From an uncultured Acidobacteriota bacterium (GTDB taxonomy: Bacteria > Acidobacteriota > Terriglobia > Acidiferrales > UBA7541): a stretch of DNA of 64,000 bases. The translations under genes were made by a program, and so were the position numbers. Shown here in pieces: positions 51,289 to 61,856 of the stretch. Location: positions 1,567-65,566 of the forward strand of contig CAWDNN010000002.1 of NCBI GenBank assembly GCA_963803675.1, in the 5' to 3' direction. The notes below the pieces were generated by a model, which was given only the letters and a program-made list of their open reading frames with translations, had not been told where the DNA came from and made no database searches. Numbering within the stretch: the stretch's first letter is position 1; each line of letters starts with the position of its first letter.

Positions 51289-53484
51289 TCAAACCTCCGA
51301 CACCAATGGTACAGCGGCTACTTCCACAGCGGGCAGGCAAATGATGAATCGCGAGCCAACGGGCGAATTATCTTCCACACGGATGGTGCCGTTGTGTTCG
51401 GCAATCACGCGCGAGGCAATCGCGAGACCAAGCCCCGTGCCGCGATTCTTCGTGGAGAAGTGGGGTAAGAATAGCCTGTCTTTATCCTCGGGCGAAATGC
51501 CGCGGCCAGTGTCGCAGACCACGATCTCGAGCATTTCGCCGAGGTGGCTGGCGCGCGTTATCACGGCCAGTTGCTTGGCCACCGAACCCTCGAGGGCTTC
51601 GGCAGCGTTGTCAATCAGGTTCACGATTACGCTGCGAAGCAACTCGCTATCCGCTTTAATCTGCGGCAGACCCGCTGCAAATTCCGTGCGGACCGCGATG
51701 CCTTCGAGACGCCCCCGGAAAACCTCCAACGCCTCGGCCACTACTGTGTTGACGTCCGCCGTGGCCAGCCGCGCCTGCGGAAAGCGCACAAACTTCGAGA
51801 ACTCATCTACGAGCGACTTCATCGTCGAGACTTCGCGTTCGATCTGCGTAGCGCACTCATGCACCAACACCTCGAGATCGGCGTCGCGAACCGCATCCGG
51901 AGCACCGCGTTCGGAGCGCCGCGCGACGAACCGCTCGAGCCTCTGAGCAGAAAGTTGAATCGGCGTCAACGGGTTCTTGATCTCGTGAGCGATGCGCTGC
52001 GCAACTTCCTGCCATGCCGCGGCCTTTTGCGCGCGAAGCAAATCGGTGAGATCGTCAATCACAACCACGTAGCCCGAATTGCTCCGCAGCGGCCCGAGCG
52101 AGCTCACCGTAACCGCGGCGTGCATCACGCGCCCGCCGGTATGGATTTCCAGAGCCCGCGAAGCAGTGCCCAAGCGCAGCGACCGTCGCATCAACGCCTG
52201 CATCTGCGGATAGGATTCCGCGCCTACGAGGTCTTGCAGCGTGTGCGCCGATAGCGACGCCCGGTTGAACATGGTCGGAGGCCGGGCGGTTGACCCGAAC
52301 GACGTTGCCGGCCGAATCGAGTGAGATCACGCCTGTAGGGATATTCTCCAGCACGGCTTCGAGTACCTTCCGTCTGCGCTCCAGCTCTTGGACGGCATGT
52401 TGCAGGCTCTGGGTGAACTCATCAATCTGGCGCCGGCTATCCGCCAATTGCGCGGTCATATCATTGAACGAGCGCACAAGCGTGCCGAACTCGTCCTGCG
52501 CCTCAGTCTCCACGCGATAGGCAAAATTGCCGCGCGAGATCTCGCGGGCGCCCTCGGCCAGCGCCTGGATCGGCACGGTGACTTGCTTCGATAGGTAAAG
52601 AGCGAGCCAAGTCACAGCGAAGAGCAGCAGCAAAGTAAAGAGCGAGAGGAGAGCAGCATGTAGGTCTTAAAAGCTCGATATTGTTGCGACTCTTTGCTGT
52701 ACTGATCTATCTCCGTACGCAGGGTGGTGTAATTGCTGGCGAAGTCGGGCGGCAGCCGTCGAAGCGCAACCAAAGCTCCATTGCCCACTTTTGCCCTGCC
52801 GCCGAAAGCGTAATCGTCGCCGAGAGACCAAAGTTCGGCTCCGCTCGGCAGGGCGTTATCGAAAACCGGCATGGAACCTGACCCCACTGAAACGTCCGAG
52901 GCGTACGCCGCCACGTGTCCGTTGGCATCAACAGAGACCAGAGCATCCACGCCCGGCTCAAACCGAAGAAGCAACGCGCGCAACTGGTCTTCCGTAGGAT
53001 TCGCGGCGAGACCCACGCTTCCGGTTTGCGCGTACGCCGTGAGCCGTTCGTGATCGCGCGTTCCAAATTGATTTACGATGCGCGTGCTGGCGACGGTCGC
53101 TTCCTCGAGCGAATGCGGAAACCACCGGCTGAGCGACCGATTGAGCAAGGCGTAGCTGATAAAGAACAAAAAGACCACCGGGAGCAAAGACAGCGCCATT
53201 GCTCCCAACACCATTTTCGTTTTGAATTCGGCGCCGAGCTGGCCCGCACGCTTTTCCGCCCACAGGCGTACGAGCATGCGCGTCAACACCAAGCCAAAGG
53301 CCATCAGCAGGGCAACGATGACCGTGGAAACGCCGTATAGCACCACGACGTCAACAGCCGCCGAGCGGCCGGGCTCGAAAGGCGTCCCAAGCGAGCCAAG
53401 AGTGAAAACCGCCGCGACCAACAAAACGACGACGAGCGCAACGACGATTAGCCAGACCCGCTGTCGCCGCTCTGGCGAACTCAT
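51289..53484 (-). pseudogene. Membrane sensor histidine kinase with HAMP and PAS, NtrY-like (two frameshifts)
   Basis: Four TM helices plus an extracytoplasmic segment (ORF 52612..53583; ATG 53484). HAMP VTVPIQALAEGAREISRGNFAYRVE and PAS (ORF 52055..52633). H-box RIAHEIKNPLTPIQLSAQRL and HATPase NLIDNAAEAL...DTGRGI...GTGLGLAI (ORF 51289..52272). Breaks near 52640 and 52275. Confidence 0.75.
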
Positions 53485-54275
53485 GTCGCCGCCCCCACGG
53501 AGATCTGCGGCACCAGACTCGGCGCCGGAAGAAACGAGCCGAGCGGGCAATCCGTGCAGAGCGCCCGGTTCGCGCGGCACCACCGCTTGCCAACATTTAC
53601 GATCAGCGCGTGATATTCGTTGAAGAGTTGCGCATCGGCAGGCAAATGACGCTGGAAAATCGACTGCATCTCGCCATAGGCGGCATGCTCGTCAACCAAT
53701 CCATGCCGCGACAGGATTCGCCGTGTGTAGGCATCCACTACGAAGACGGTGCGTTGTCCCGCATAAAGGAGAATCGAATCGGCCGTCTCGGGGCCAATGC
53801 CGTGCACGGCCAGTAGCTTTTCCCGCAGCGCCGCTGTCGGCGTGGCGAACATCTGGACCAGCGATCCACCATAACTACTTCGCAGAAAGCTCACAAACGC
53901 CTTCAGCTTCTTGGCTTTCTGCCGGAAATAACCGGAGGAGCGAATCAGCCGAGCCAGCCTGGCCGCGGGGACGGCTTCGATGGCTCTCGACGTGAGCAGT
54001 TTCTCCCGCCGCAGATTGACGAGCGCCCGTTCGACATTTGTCCACGCCGTATTCTGCGTCAGGATCGCACCGACAATCACCTCGAACGACGTTCTGGCCG
54101 GCCACCACCCCATGGGGCCGAGCGCCGCAGCCATCGCGGAGTAGATCTCAGTCAGCAGCCGGGCCGGAGACGGGTCTCGCGGGGCATCCGCCACCGCGCT
54201 TTGGGCGGACAGGGAAACTACGCCGTGTGCGCTGGGAGCGGCCTCCGGCTCCAGTACTAGCACAGACATGTTCAT
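53481..54275 (-). CDS. Endonuclease III-related HhH-GPD family protein
   Basis: FEVIVGAILTQNTAWTNVERAL...LIRSSGYFRQKAKKLK...LLAVHGIGPETADSILLYA......VVDAYTRRI; C-terminal Cys pair. The stop overlaps the kinase start (ATGA). Confidence 0.7.
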   Translation of the reverse strand: MNMSVLVLEPEAAPSAHGVVSLSAQSAVADAPRDPSPARLLTEIYSAMAAALGPMGWWPARTSFEVIVGAILTQNTAWTNVERALVNLRREKLLTSRAIEAVPAARLARLIRSSGYFRQKAKKLKAFVSFLRSSYGGSLVQMFATPTAALREKLLAVHGIGPETADSILLYAGQRTVFVVDAYTRRILSRHGLVDEHAAYGEMQSIFQRHLPADAQLFNEYHALIVNVGKRWCRANRALCTDCPLGSFLPAPSLVPQISVGAAT

Positions 54276-54333
54276 TAGAAACGAAGATAGCCAGTCCCTA
54301 ACATGCCGTCAAGAAGGCATATGCCGCTGCCGC

Positions 54334-54360
54334 ACACCTGTCCCTTCGGACAGGTGTTTT
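54334..54360 (+). terminator. Terminator-like hairpin in the endoIII-like/pilB divergent intergenic region (function unclear)
   Basis: ACACCTGTCC-cttc-GGACAGGTGT (10-bp perfect stem) followed by TTT. It lies ~90 nt upstream of the pilB ATG on the pilB strand. No upstream plus-strand gene exists for it to terminate. Confidence 0.25.
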
Positions 54361-54449
54361 CAGATTCCTCGAACTGATTCAATAGGCACCAGGCGAGATA
54401 TCTAGCGGTCCTTTGTGTGCCCTGGCCGCAGGCTACCTGTGGAGTGTGC

Positions 54450-56172
54450 ATGTCGTCCCGTTTGGGCGAAATTCTGATTAAAGAGAGCCTGATTACTTCT
54501 GACCAGCTCAAGAAGGCGCTGGATTATCAGAAGCAACACGGCGGACGCCTGGGCACGTGTTTGATGAAGCTGGGCTTCGTCTCGGACGACGAAATTACGC
54601 AGGTGCTTTCCCGCCAATACGGCGTTCCTTCCATAAACCTGAAGTACTACGAGGTGGATTCCGCGAGTCATCAAGCTCATTCCGCAAGAGACGGCTGTGC
54701 GTTATCAGGTGGTGCCTCTCTCGCGCGTCGGAGCCACGCTGACCATCGCGATGACGGATCCGACAAACGTCTTCGCCATGGACGATATCAAGTTCATGAC
54801 GGGGTTCAACGTCGAGCCCGTCGTCGCCTCCGAATCCGACATCAACGAAGCCATTCGCAAGTTCTACGGTGACGCCTCGAGCGTCGAAGAGCTCACGAAG
54901 GTGATGAAGGACCTTACCGCCGATGAGTCTGCCGCCGATCTCGAACTGGCCTCCGAAGAAGAGCAACTTGACGCCGCCGCACTCGAACGTGCAGCCGAAG
55001 AAGCCCCCATCATCAAGCTGGTGAACCTGATCCTCACCGATGCGGTCAAACGGGGCGCCAGCGATATCCACATCGAGCCATACGACAAGGAGCTGCGCGT
55101 TCGCCTGCGCATAGACGGCATCTTGCAAGCCGTGATGACGCCTCCACTCAAGCTCAAAGACGCCATCACCAGCCGCGTCAAGATCATGTCCAAGCTGGAC
55201 ATCAGCGAAAAGCGCCTGCCGCAAGACGGCCGCATCATGCTGAAGTACCAGCGCGACGGCAAGAAGAAAGAGCTCGATTTCCGTGTCTCGACCGTTCCAA
55301 CGATCTTCGGCGAAAAGATCGTTCTTCGCCTGCTCGACAAGGAAAACCTGCGGCTTGACATGACGAAGCTCGGCTTCGAGCCCGAGTCGCTCGTCAAGTT
55401 CGAGCGCGCCATTCTCCGGCCCTATGGCATGGTGCTGGTCACTGGGCCAACGGGCTCGGGCAAGACCAACACGCTCTATTCCTCGATCTCTCGCCTGAAC
55501 ACGCCGGAAACGAACATCATGACCGCCGAGGACCCGGTCGAGTTCCAACTCTCCGGCGTCAACCAGGTGCAGATGAAGGAGCAGATCGGGCTGAACTTTG
55601 CCGCTGCGCTTCGCGCCTTTCTGCGGCAAGACCCGAACATCATCCTCGTCGGCGAAATCCGCGACTTCGAGACGGCTGAAATCGCGGTCAAGGCCGCGCT
55701 CACGGGCCACCTCGTGCTATCCACACTTCACACGAACGACGCGCCTTCCACGATCAGCCGCTTGATGAACATGGGCATCGAGCCTTTCCTCGTGGCGACA
55801 TCGGTGAACCTGATCGGCGCGCAGCGCCTGATCCGCCGCATCTGCGTCGGATGCAAAGAGGCCCTGCAAGTTCCGGAGCAGGCGTTGCTCGACGCCGGAT
55901 TCACGCCCGAAGAAGCCAAGACCGTGACGCCGTATCACGGCAAAGGCTGCGCCACCTGCAACAACAGCGGCTACAAGGGCCGCGTGGCGCTCTACGAAAT
56001 CATGGAAATCAATGACGAACTCCGCGAGCTGATTCTGGTCGGCGCTTCGGCGCTGGAGCTCAAGAAGAAGGCGCTCGACCAGGGAATGATCACGCTGCGG
56101 CGCAGCGGGCTTATCAAAATCGCCGCGGGAATGGCCACGCTGGAAGAAGTCTTGCGGGAAACCGTGCTGTAA
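54450..56172 (+). pseudogene. pilB: Type IV pilus assembly ATPase PilB (one frameshift near 54667)
   Basis: GGAG SD. T2SSE_N domain MSSRLGEILIKESLITSDQLKKALDYQK...GFVSDDEITQVLSRQYGVP (ORF 54417..54872), continued VIKLIPQETAVRYQVVPL in ORF 54697..56172. Walker A VTGPTGSGKTNTLY, Asp box, LVGEIRD, and a tetracysteine CVGC...CATC. Confidence 0.85.
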
Positions 56173-56188
56173 GAAAGGAAAGGAAGTC

Positions 56189-57320
56189 ATGCCAGGAATC
56201 ACACTTAGCGAACTGCTGCAGAAGATGATCGAGATGGGCGGAAGCGATCTGCACATCACCACCAATAGCGCCCCGCGCGTCCGCGTCCACGGCAGGTTGC
56301 GCCCGCTGGATATGGGGCCGCTCACCGCCGCGGACACCAAGTCGCTGGCCTACAGCGTGCTCACCGACGCGCAAAAGCACCGCTTCGAGGAAAACCTCGA
56401 GCTGGACTTCTCGTTCGGCTTGAAGAACCTGGCGCGCTTCCGCGGAAACATCTTCCACCAGCGCGGCGCGGTGGCTGCGGTGTTCCGAACCATTCCGTGG
56501 GAAATCAAGGGCTTCGACGCGCTCGGGCTGCCGGCGGTGGTCAAGGGGCTGTGCGAAAAGCCGCGCGGCCTGGTGCTCGTCACCGGGCCGACGGGTTCGG
56601 GCAAATCCACGACGCTCGCCGCGATGCTGGACAAGATCAACTCCGAACGCGAAGAGCACATGATCACGATCGAGGACCCGATCGAGTTCCTGCACAACCA
56701 CAAGAAATGCCTGGTCAACCAGCGCGAAGTGCATTCGGATACGCATTCCTTCAACAATTCGCTCCGCGCCGCGCTTCGTGAAGATCCTGACGTGGTGCTC
56801 ATCGGCGAAATGCGCGACCTGGAAACCATCGAATCCGCGCTGCGCATCGCCGAAACCGGCCACTTGACTTTCGCCACGCTGCACACGAACTCCGCGATCT
56901 CCACCGTCAACCGTATCGTGGACGTCTTCCCCGCACACCAGCAGCCGCAAATCCGCGCGCAGCTTTCGCTCGTGCTCGAAGGAATTCTTTGCCAGTCGCT
57001 GCTGCCGCGAGCCGACGGCCGCGGCCGCGTGATGGTGATGGAAGTCCTGATTCCAAACGCCGCCATCCGCAACCTGATTCGCGAAGACAAGATTCACCAG
57101 GTTTACTCGGCCATGCAGACCGGAACCGTCGCAGACTGGAATGCAGACCTTCAACCAGAGTCTTGCGACCGACTATTTCAACAAGTTGATCAGTTTGGAA
57201 ATGGCGCTGTCGCGGTCGTCGAATCCCGACGAATTGCAGGATATGATCAACCGAGGCGTGGGCGCCGTTGCCGACGGCTGGTTCTGGAGTGCGCCGCTAG
57301 TATCGGAATCCGTTAAGTAG
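56189..57320 (+). pseudogene. pilT: Type IV pilus retraction ATPase PilT (frameshift near 57135)
   Basis: GGSDLHIT...PRVRVHG; Walker A VTGPTGSGKSTTLAAM; ITIEDPIEF; LIGEMRDLETI; GHLTFATLHTNSA; AIRNLIREDKIHQ. The C-terminus continues in another frame as GMQTFNQSLATDYFNKLISLEMAL. Confidence 0.85.
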
Positions 57321-57358
57321 CTGGGCCATTGTGGAATGAACTCGAGGAGGGTAGCACC

Positions 57359-58573
57359 ATGCCGGTATTTACATATCGCGGAAAGAATCGCTCCGGTGAG
57401 AGCGTAAGCGGCGAACAGGTCGCCAACACCAAGGCCGAACTACAGAATCTGCTGCGCCGTCAGCAGATCCAGGTCACCAAGATGTCGGAGAAGGGCAAGG
57501 AATTCAGCCTGCCCACCTTCGGCGGCGGCGTGAAGCCCGAGGAACTGGCCATCTTCACGCGACAGTTCTCGGTGATGATTGATGCCGGTTTGCCTCTGGT
57601 GCAGTGCCTGGAGATTCTTGCCGGCCAGCAGGAGAACAAGACGTTTCAGAACGTGCTGACGGGCACGCGAGCCGCGGTCGAAGGCGGCGCTACGCTCTCG
57701 GCGGCCATGAAGCAGTACGAAAAGGTCTTCGACGCTCTGTACGTCAACATGGTCGAGGCCGGCGAAACGGGCGGTATTTTGGACACCATTCTCCAGCGCC
57801 TTTCGTCTTACATCGAGAAGAACGTCAAGCTGAAGCGCGCGGTGAAGTCCGCGTTGATTTATCCGACGGTGGTGATCTCGGTGGCGGCAGCGGTCATCAC
57901 GTTACTGCTGTGGAAGGTCGTGCCGATTTTCGCGACCTTGTTCGTAAGCCTGGGCGTGGCCTTGCCTCTGCCCACTCGAATCGTCATCGGCCTGAGCCAT
58001 TTTGTCGGCAGCATCTTCGGCTTCTTGGCCTTTGTGCTTCATTATCGGCATCGCCATCGGGCTCAAATATGGTACGGCACCGAGAAGGGGCGCATGGTCA
58101 TTGACCGCGTGCTGTTGAAGATGCCGCTGGTCGGCATCCTGCTGCGCAAAATCGCTGTCGCGCGTTTCACCCGGACGCTCGGCACTTTGATCTCGAGCGG
58201 TGTTCCGATTCTCGAAGGGCTTGGATATCACCGGCGCGCTCCTCCGGCAACGCGGTGGTGGAGCAGGCGCTGCAGCGGACGCAGAAAGCAACTGGAAGCA
58301 GGCCGCACGTTGGCCGACCCGCTTCGCGAAACCGAAGTCTTTCCGAGCATGGTCACGCAGATGATTGCCGTCGGCGAACAAACCGGCGCCATGGATGCCA
58401 TGCTTCAAAAGATCGCCGACTTCTACGAGGATGAAGTGGATTCGGCCGTGAAGGATCTGTTGACGGCACTGGAACCGGTGATGATCGTCTTTCTGGGCGT
58501 CGTCGTTGGCGGCGTGGTCATTTCCATGTATTTGCCGCTGTTCACGTTGATCGGCAAGCTCTCCGGCCACTAA
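57359..58573 (+). pseudogene. pilC: Type IV pilus inner-membrane platform protein PilC (open ORF but with internal out-of-frame patches)
   Basis: GGAGG SD. Two T2SSF repeats (FTRQFSVMIDAGLPLVQCLEIL, FTRTLGTLISSGVPILEGL). The segments ~58040-58073 and ~58221-58291 read as Arg/His-rich nonsense in the ORF frame. In alternative frames they read as good PilC sequence (IIGIAIGLKYG; LDITG, RSSGNAVVEQALQRTQKA). Confidence 0.8.
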
Positions 58574-58656
58574 AGCGGTCGAGCAGGAGCATTGCGCGTC
58601 CGGAGTCCGATCTAACGCCGGACTCCGGAGCGTGGTTTCGCCCGGGGGCGCCGTAC

Positions 58657-60382
58657 GTGTATAGTTCATTCGCGGTGAGTCCTGCCGGCGCAGCCGTCGG
58701 CCAGTTTAGTCCCAAAATCTTCTGGCATTCCATCGAACAAGCGGACCGGCATGCCCGAAATCGAATCGCAGGCACGACGAGCGAGTGGGTCGGCTGGCTA
58801 AATCGCGTCCGCTTCCTGGTCATTTCGCTCCTGCTCGCCATCGCTCTGTGCCTCTGGCAGCTTGGCCTGCTGCGGCTGTCCGCCGAAGCCGTTCGCCGCG
58901 CTGATCGTCCTCTGGTACACGCTGGGATTCCTGTACGCGATATTGTCGCGCTGGATGAAAGAGGCGTGCTGGCTCGCGCCGATCGAAATGGTCTGCGACC
59001 TGTGCATGATCACCGGGCTGGTGTACTTTACAGGCGGGCACGAAAGCTACTTCATTTCGCTTTATCTGCTGGCCATCATCGTCGCCAGCATTTTGTTCTC
59101 TCGCAAAGGCACGTTCCTCACGGCAGGGTTCAGCTTTGTGCTTGCTGGGCGGAATGGTCGAGCTGGTGTTTCTACGACACGCTTCCCGCGGACCGCGCTG
59201 ACCAGCCCGAGCGCAAGCGCTCTGCAAACCTGGGTCTTCAGCAATCTCTTTGCATTCATGGCCGTGGCCTATCTTTCGAGTCGTTCTGGCGCAAACGCTT
59301 CGCCGAAAGGGAGCTGAACTCGAACAGAAAAGCGGCGAATTGCAAGATTTGCAGGCCTTTAACGAAGACATCATCCACTCCATGCGTGGCGGCTTGCTGA
59401 CCACGGACTGCGAAGGCCACATCTTGCTACTGAACCGTACCGGAGAGGAAATCACCGGTTAGCGTTTTGCTGACGTTCGCGGGAAGCTAATCCAAACCTT
59501 TGGCCCGGATTTCTGGTCGCCCGGGAATCCCGATGCGGATCCCAATCGCATTCCGCGCCACGAAATTGATTTTCCGACCGCGGACGGCCAGCAGCGATTC
59601 CTGGGGATTTCGGTTTCGCCACTGCGAACGCGCAACAAGGAGACGACCGGATACGTCTTCAATTTCCAGGACCTAACCGATCTGCGCAGGCTTGAAGAGG
59701 AAGTGGAAACTCAAGGATCGCATGGCCGCGTTGGGCCGTTTTTCCGCGGCTATCGCGCATGAAATTCGCCAGCCTCTTACCGCCATCGCCGGAGCCGTGA
59801 AAGAACTGGCGCGCCTGGCGCCCTTGAAGAAGACGAGACGTCACCTGGTCGGAATCGTCGGCCGTGAATCCGAGCGGCTCAACAGCTCATCACCGAGTTC
59901 TTGAATTATTCGCGCGAAACCGCGTATGAGTTTTACGAAGCCGACATTTCGGCTTTCCTCGACGAGACGCTGACTCTGCTCGCGAAGCATCCGCAACTCG
60001 ACGGCAAGATACAAAATCGACAAAACGATTTGCACGGCCAGCCCGTTCGTGCGCGCGTGGATCCCAACCGTATCAAGCAGGTTTTCTGGAATTTGTGCGA
60101 CAACGCGCTTCGCGCCATGCCCGGCGGCGGAACGCTAACGGTTTGCTTGGAGACCGCGCCCTTTCTGGTGCGCATCCGTTTCCGCGATACCGGCTCGGGT
60201 CTTGATCCAAAACAGCGCGAAAAAATTTTCGAGCCTTTGCAGTCCGGATTCAAGGGCGGCACCGGGACTGGGACTGGCAATCGTGTATCAGATCGTCCAG
60301 GCGCACAGCGGGAGAATCAGCGTTGACCTCGGAAAAGGATCGCGGCGCGGAATTTACCGTCGAGCTGCCGCGCGTGGCCTGA
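58657..60382 (+). pseudogene. pilS: PilS-like membrane sensor histidine kinase (many frameshifts; start uncertain)
   Basis: Membrane region ALIVLWYTLGFLYAIL...MITGLVYFTGGHESYFISLYLLAIIVASILFSRKG; PAS NEDIIHSMRGGLLTTDCEGHILLLNRTGEEITG; H-box MAALGRFSAAIAHEIRQPLTAI; N/G boxes FWNLCDNALRAM, RDTGSGL, GGTGLGLAIVYQIV. These are spread over at least 6 frame segments. Stop TGA 60380-60382. Confidence 0.65.
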
Positions 60383-60466
60383 TGCGCTGCATGAAACGCG
60401 CTCGAACATAGCCTTTGCGGCGGCTCGAATCCAGCGGAAGATTGTATTGAGCGAAATGATTTAGTT

Positions 60467-61856
60467 ATGGCTCATCTACTCATTGTTGACGACGAGCGCT
60501 CGATCTGCGAGTTGCTCGAGATTACCTTCCGCAAGGAGGGCCATCGCGTCGAGGTCGCGTCGAGCGGCGAGGCGGCGCGCCGCCGCATCGAATCGCAGAT
60601 ATTTGACATCATCATCTCCGACATCCGCATGCCGAACACGAGCGGCGTCGAACTGCTCAAGTTCGTCCGCGAGACTTCGCCATCCACGGTTTTTCTGCTG
60701 ATTACGGGCGTACCCACGGTGGAAACGGCGATCGCGGCGGTGAACGCGGGCGCGGATCGCTACGTGATCAAGGACCACAATCTGGTGGACCAGCTCCGCC
60801 GCGCCGTGGATCAGGTCACCGAATCGCTCAAGCTCAAGAAAGAAGCGGGCATTCTGCGCAGGGAAGTGCGGCGGCTTTCTGGCCAGGACAATTTCATCGG
60901 CCACAGCCCGAAGATGCGCGCAATCTTCGACCTGATCCACACCGTGGGTCCGCAACAAAGCCGCGTACTGATCACCGGAGAGAGCGGCACCGGTAAAGAG
61001 TTGGTTGCGCGCGCCATTCACGAGCAGAGCCAGCATGCGCAGGCGCCCTTTCGTCACGATCGATTGCGGCGCCTTTCCGGAGACGCTTGCTCGAATCCGA
61101 ACTCTTCGGCTATATGAAGGGCGCTTTCACGGGCGCGAACGAAAATCGCCAGGGCCTGTTTCAGGCCGCCCACGGCGGCACACTGTTCATGGACGAAATC
61201 GGCAATATGCCGATGAGCATGCAAGTAAAGCTGTACCGCGTGCTGCAGGAGGGAAAAGTCCGGCCCCTGGGCAGCACCGAAGAAATTGACGTGGACGTGC
61301 GCGATCATCGCCGCGACAAACAAGGATCTGGAAAAGGAAATCGCCGAGGGCCGGTTCCGTGACGACCTCTACTATCGCCTCAGCGTGATTCCCATCCAAC
61401 TGCCGCCGCTGCGTGAGCGCCGGGAAGACATCCCTTTGATGGCCCGCGTATTTCTCGAACGCTTTTCGCAAGTCCATGGACAAGACTGTCGGAAGCATTG
61501 CGCCCGATGCAATGCGCTTGCTTGAGGCGTACGACTGGCCCGGCAATGTTCGCGAACTGGAAAATACCATCGAGCGCGCCGTCGCGCTGGAATGCGGCCG
61601 CGAGATCAGCGCCAACGTGCTGCCGGAAAAGATCTTCCGCGCCGCCCAGGCCAGCGCCTTGAGTGCGGCGGCGAGCAATGGCGCCTCGCTGATTCCGGAG
61701 GGCGGTATAGACCTTGAGCAGCACCTGCAGGCCATCGAGAAGGGTTATTTGATTGAAGCGCTACGCAAGTCCGATGGTGTTGGCACCCACGCGGCCGAAT
61801 TGTTGAAGGTAACCTACCGCTCGTTCCGCCATTACTCCAAGAAGTACAATCTCTAA
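60467..61856 (+). pseudogene. pilR: Sigma-54-dependent response regulator PilR (about four frameshifts)
   Basis: Receiver MAHLLIVDDERSICELL...DIIISDIRMP; AAA+ [62 protein letters not shown]; WPGNVRELEN; C-terminal Fis-type HTH. Breaks near 61045, 61085, 61300 and 61475. Confidence 0.8.

Noticed and set aside
54595-57154. Minus-strand ORFs 54595..55710 (371 aa) and 56114..57154 (346 aa)
   Set aside because: They are antisense to pilB and pilT, whose motifs are unambiguous. The composition (D/E/R/L/G repeats mirroring the sense codons) is typical of shadow ORFs. The same applies to 28199..29080 opposite the SurA-like gene, 60476..61057 opposite pilR and 48970..49734 opposite era.
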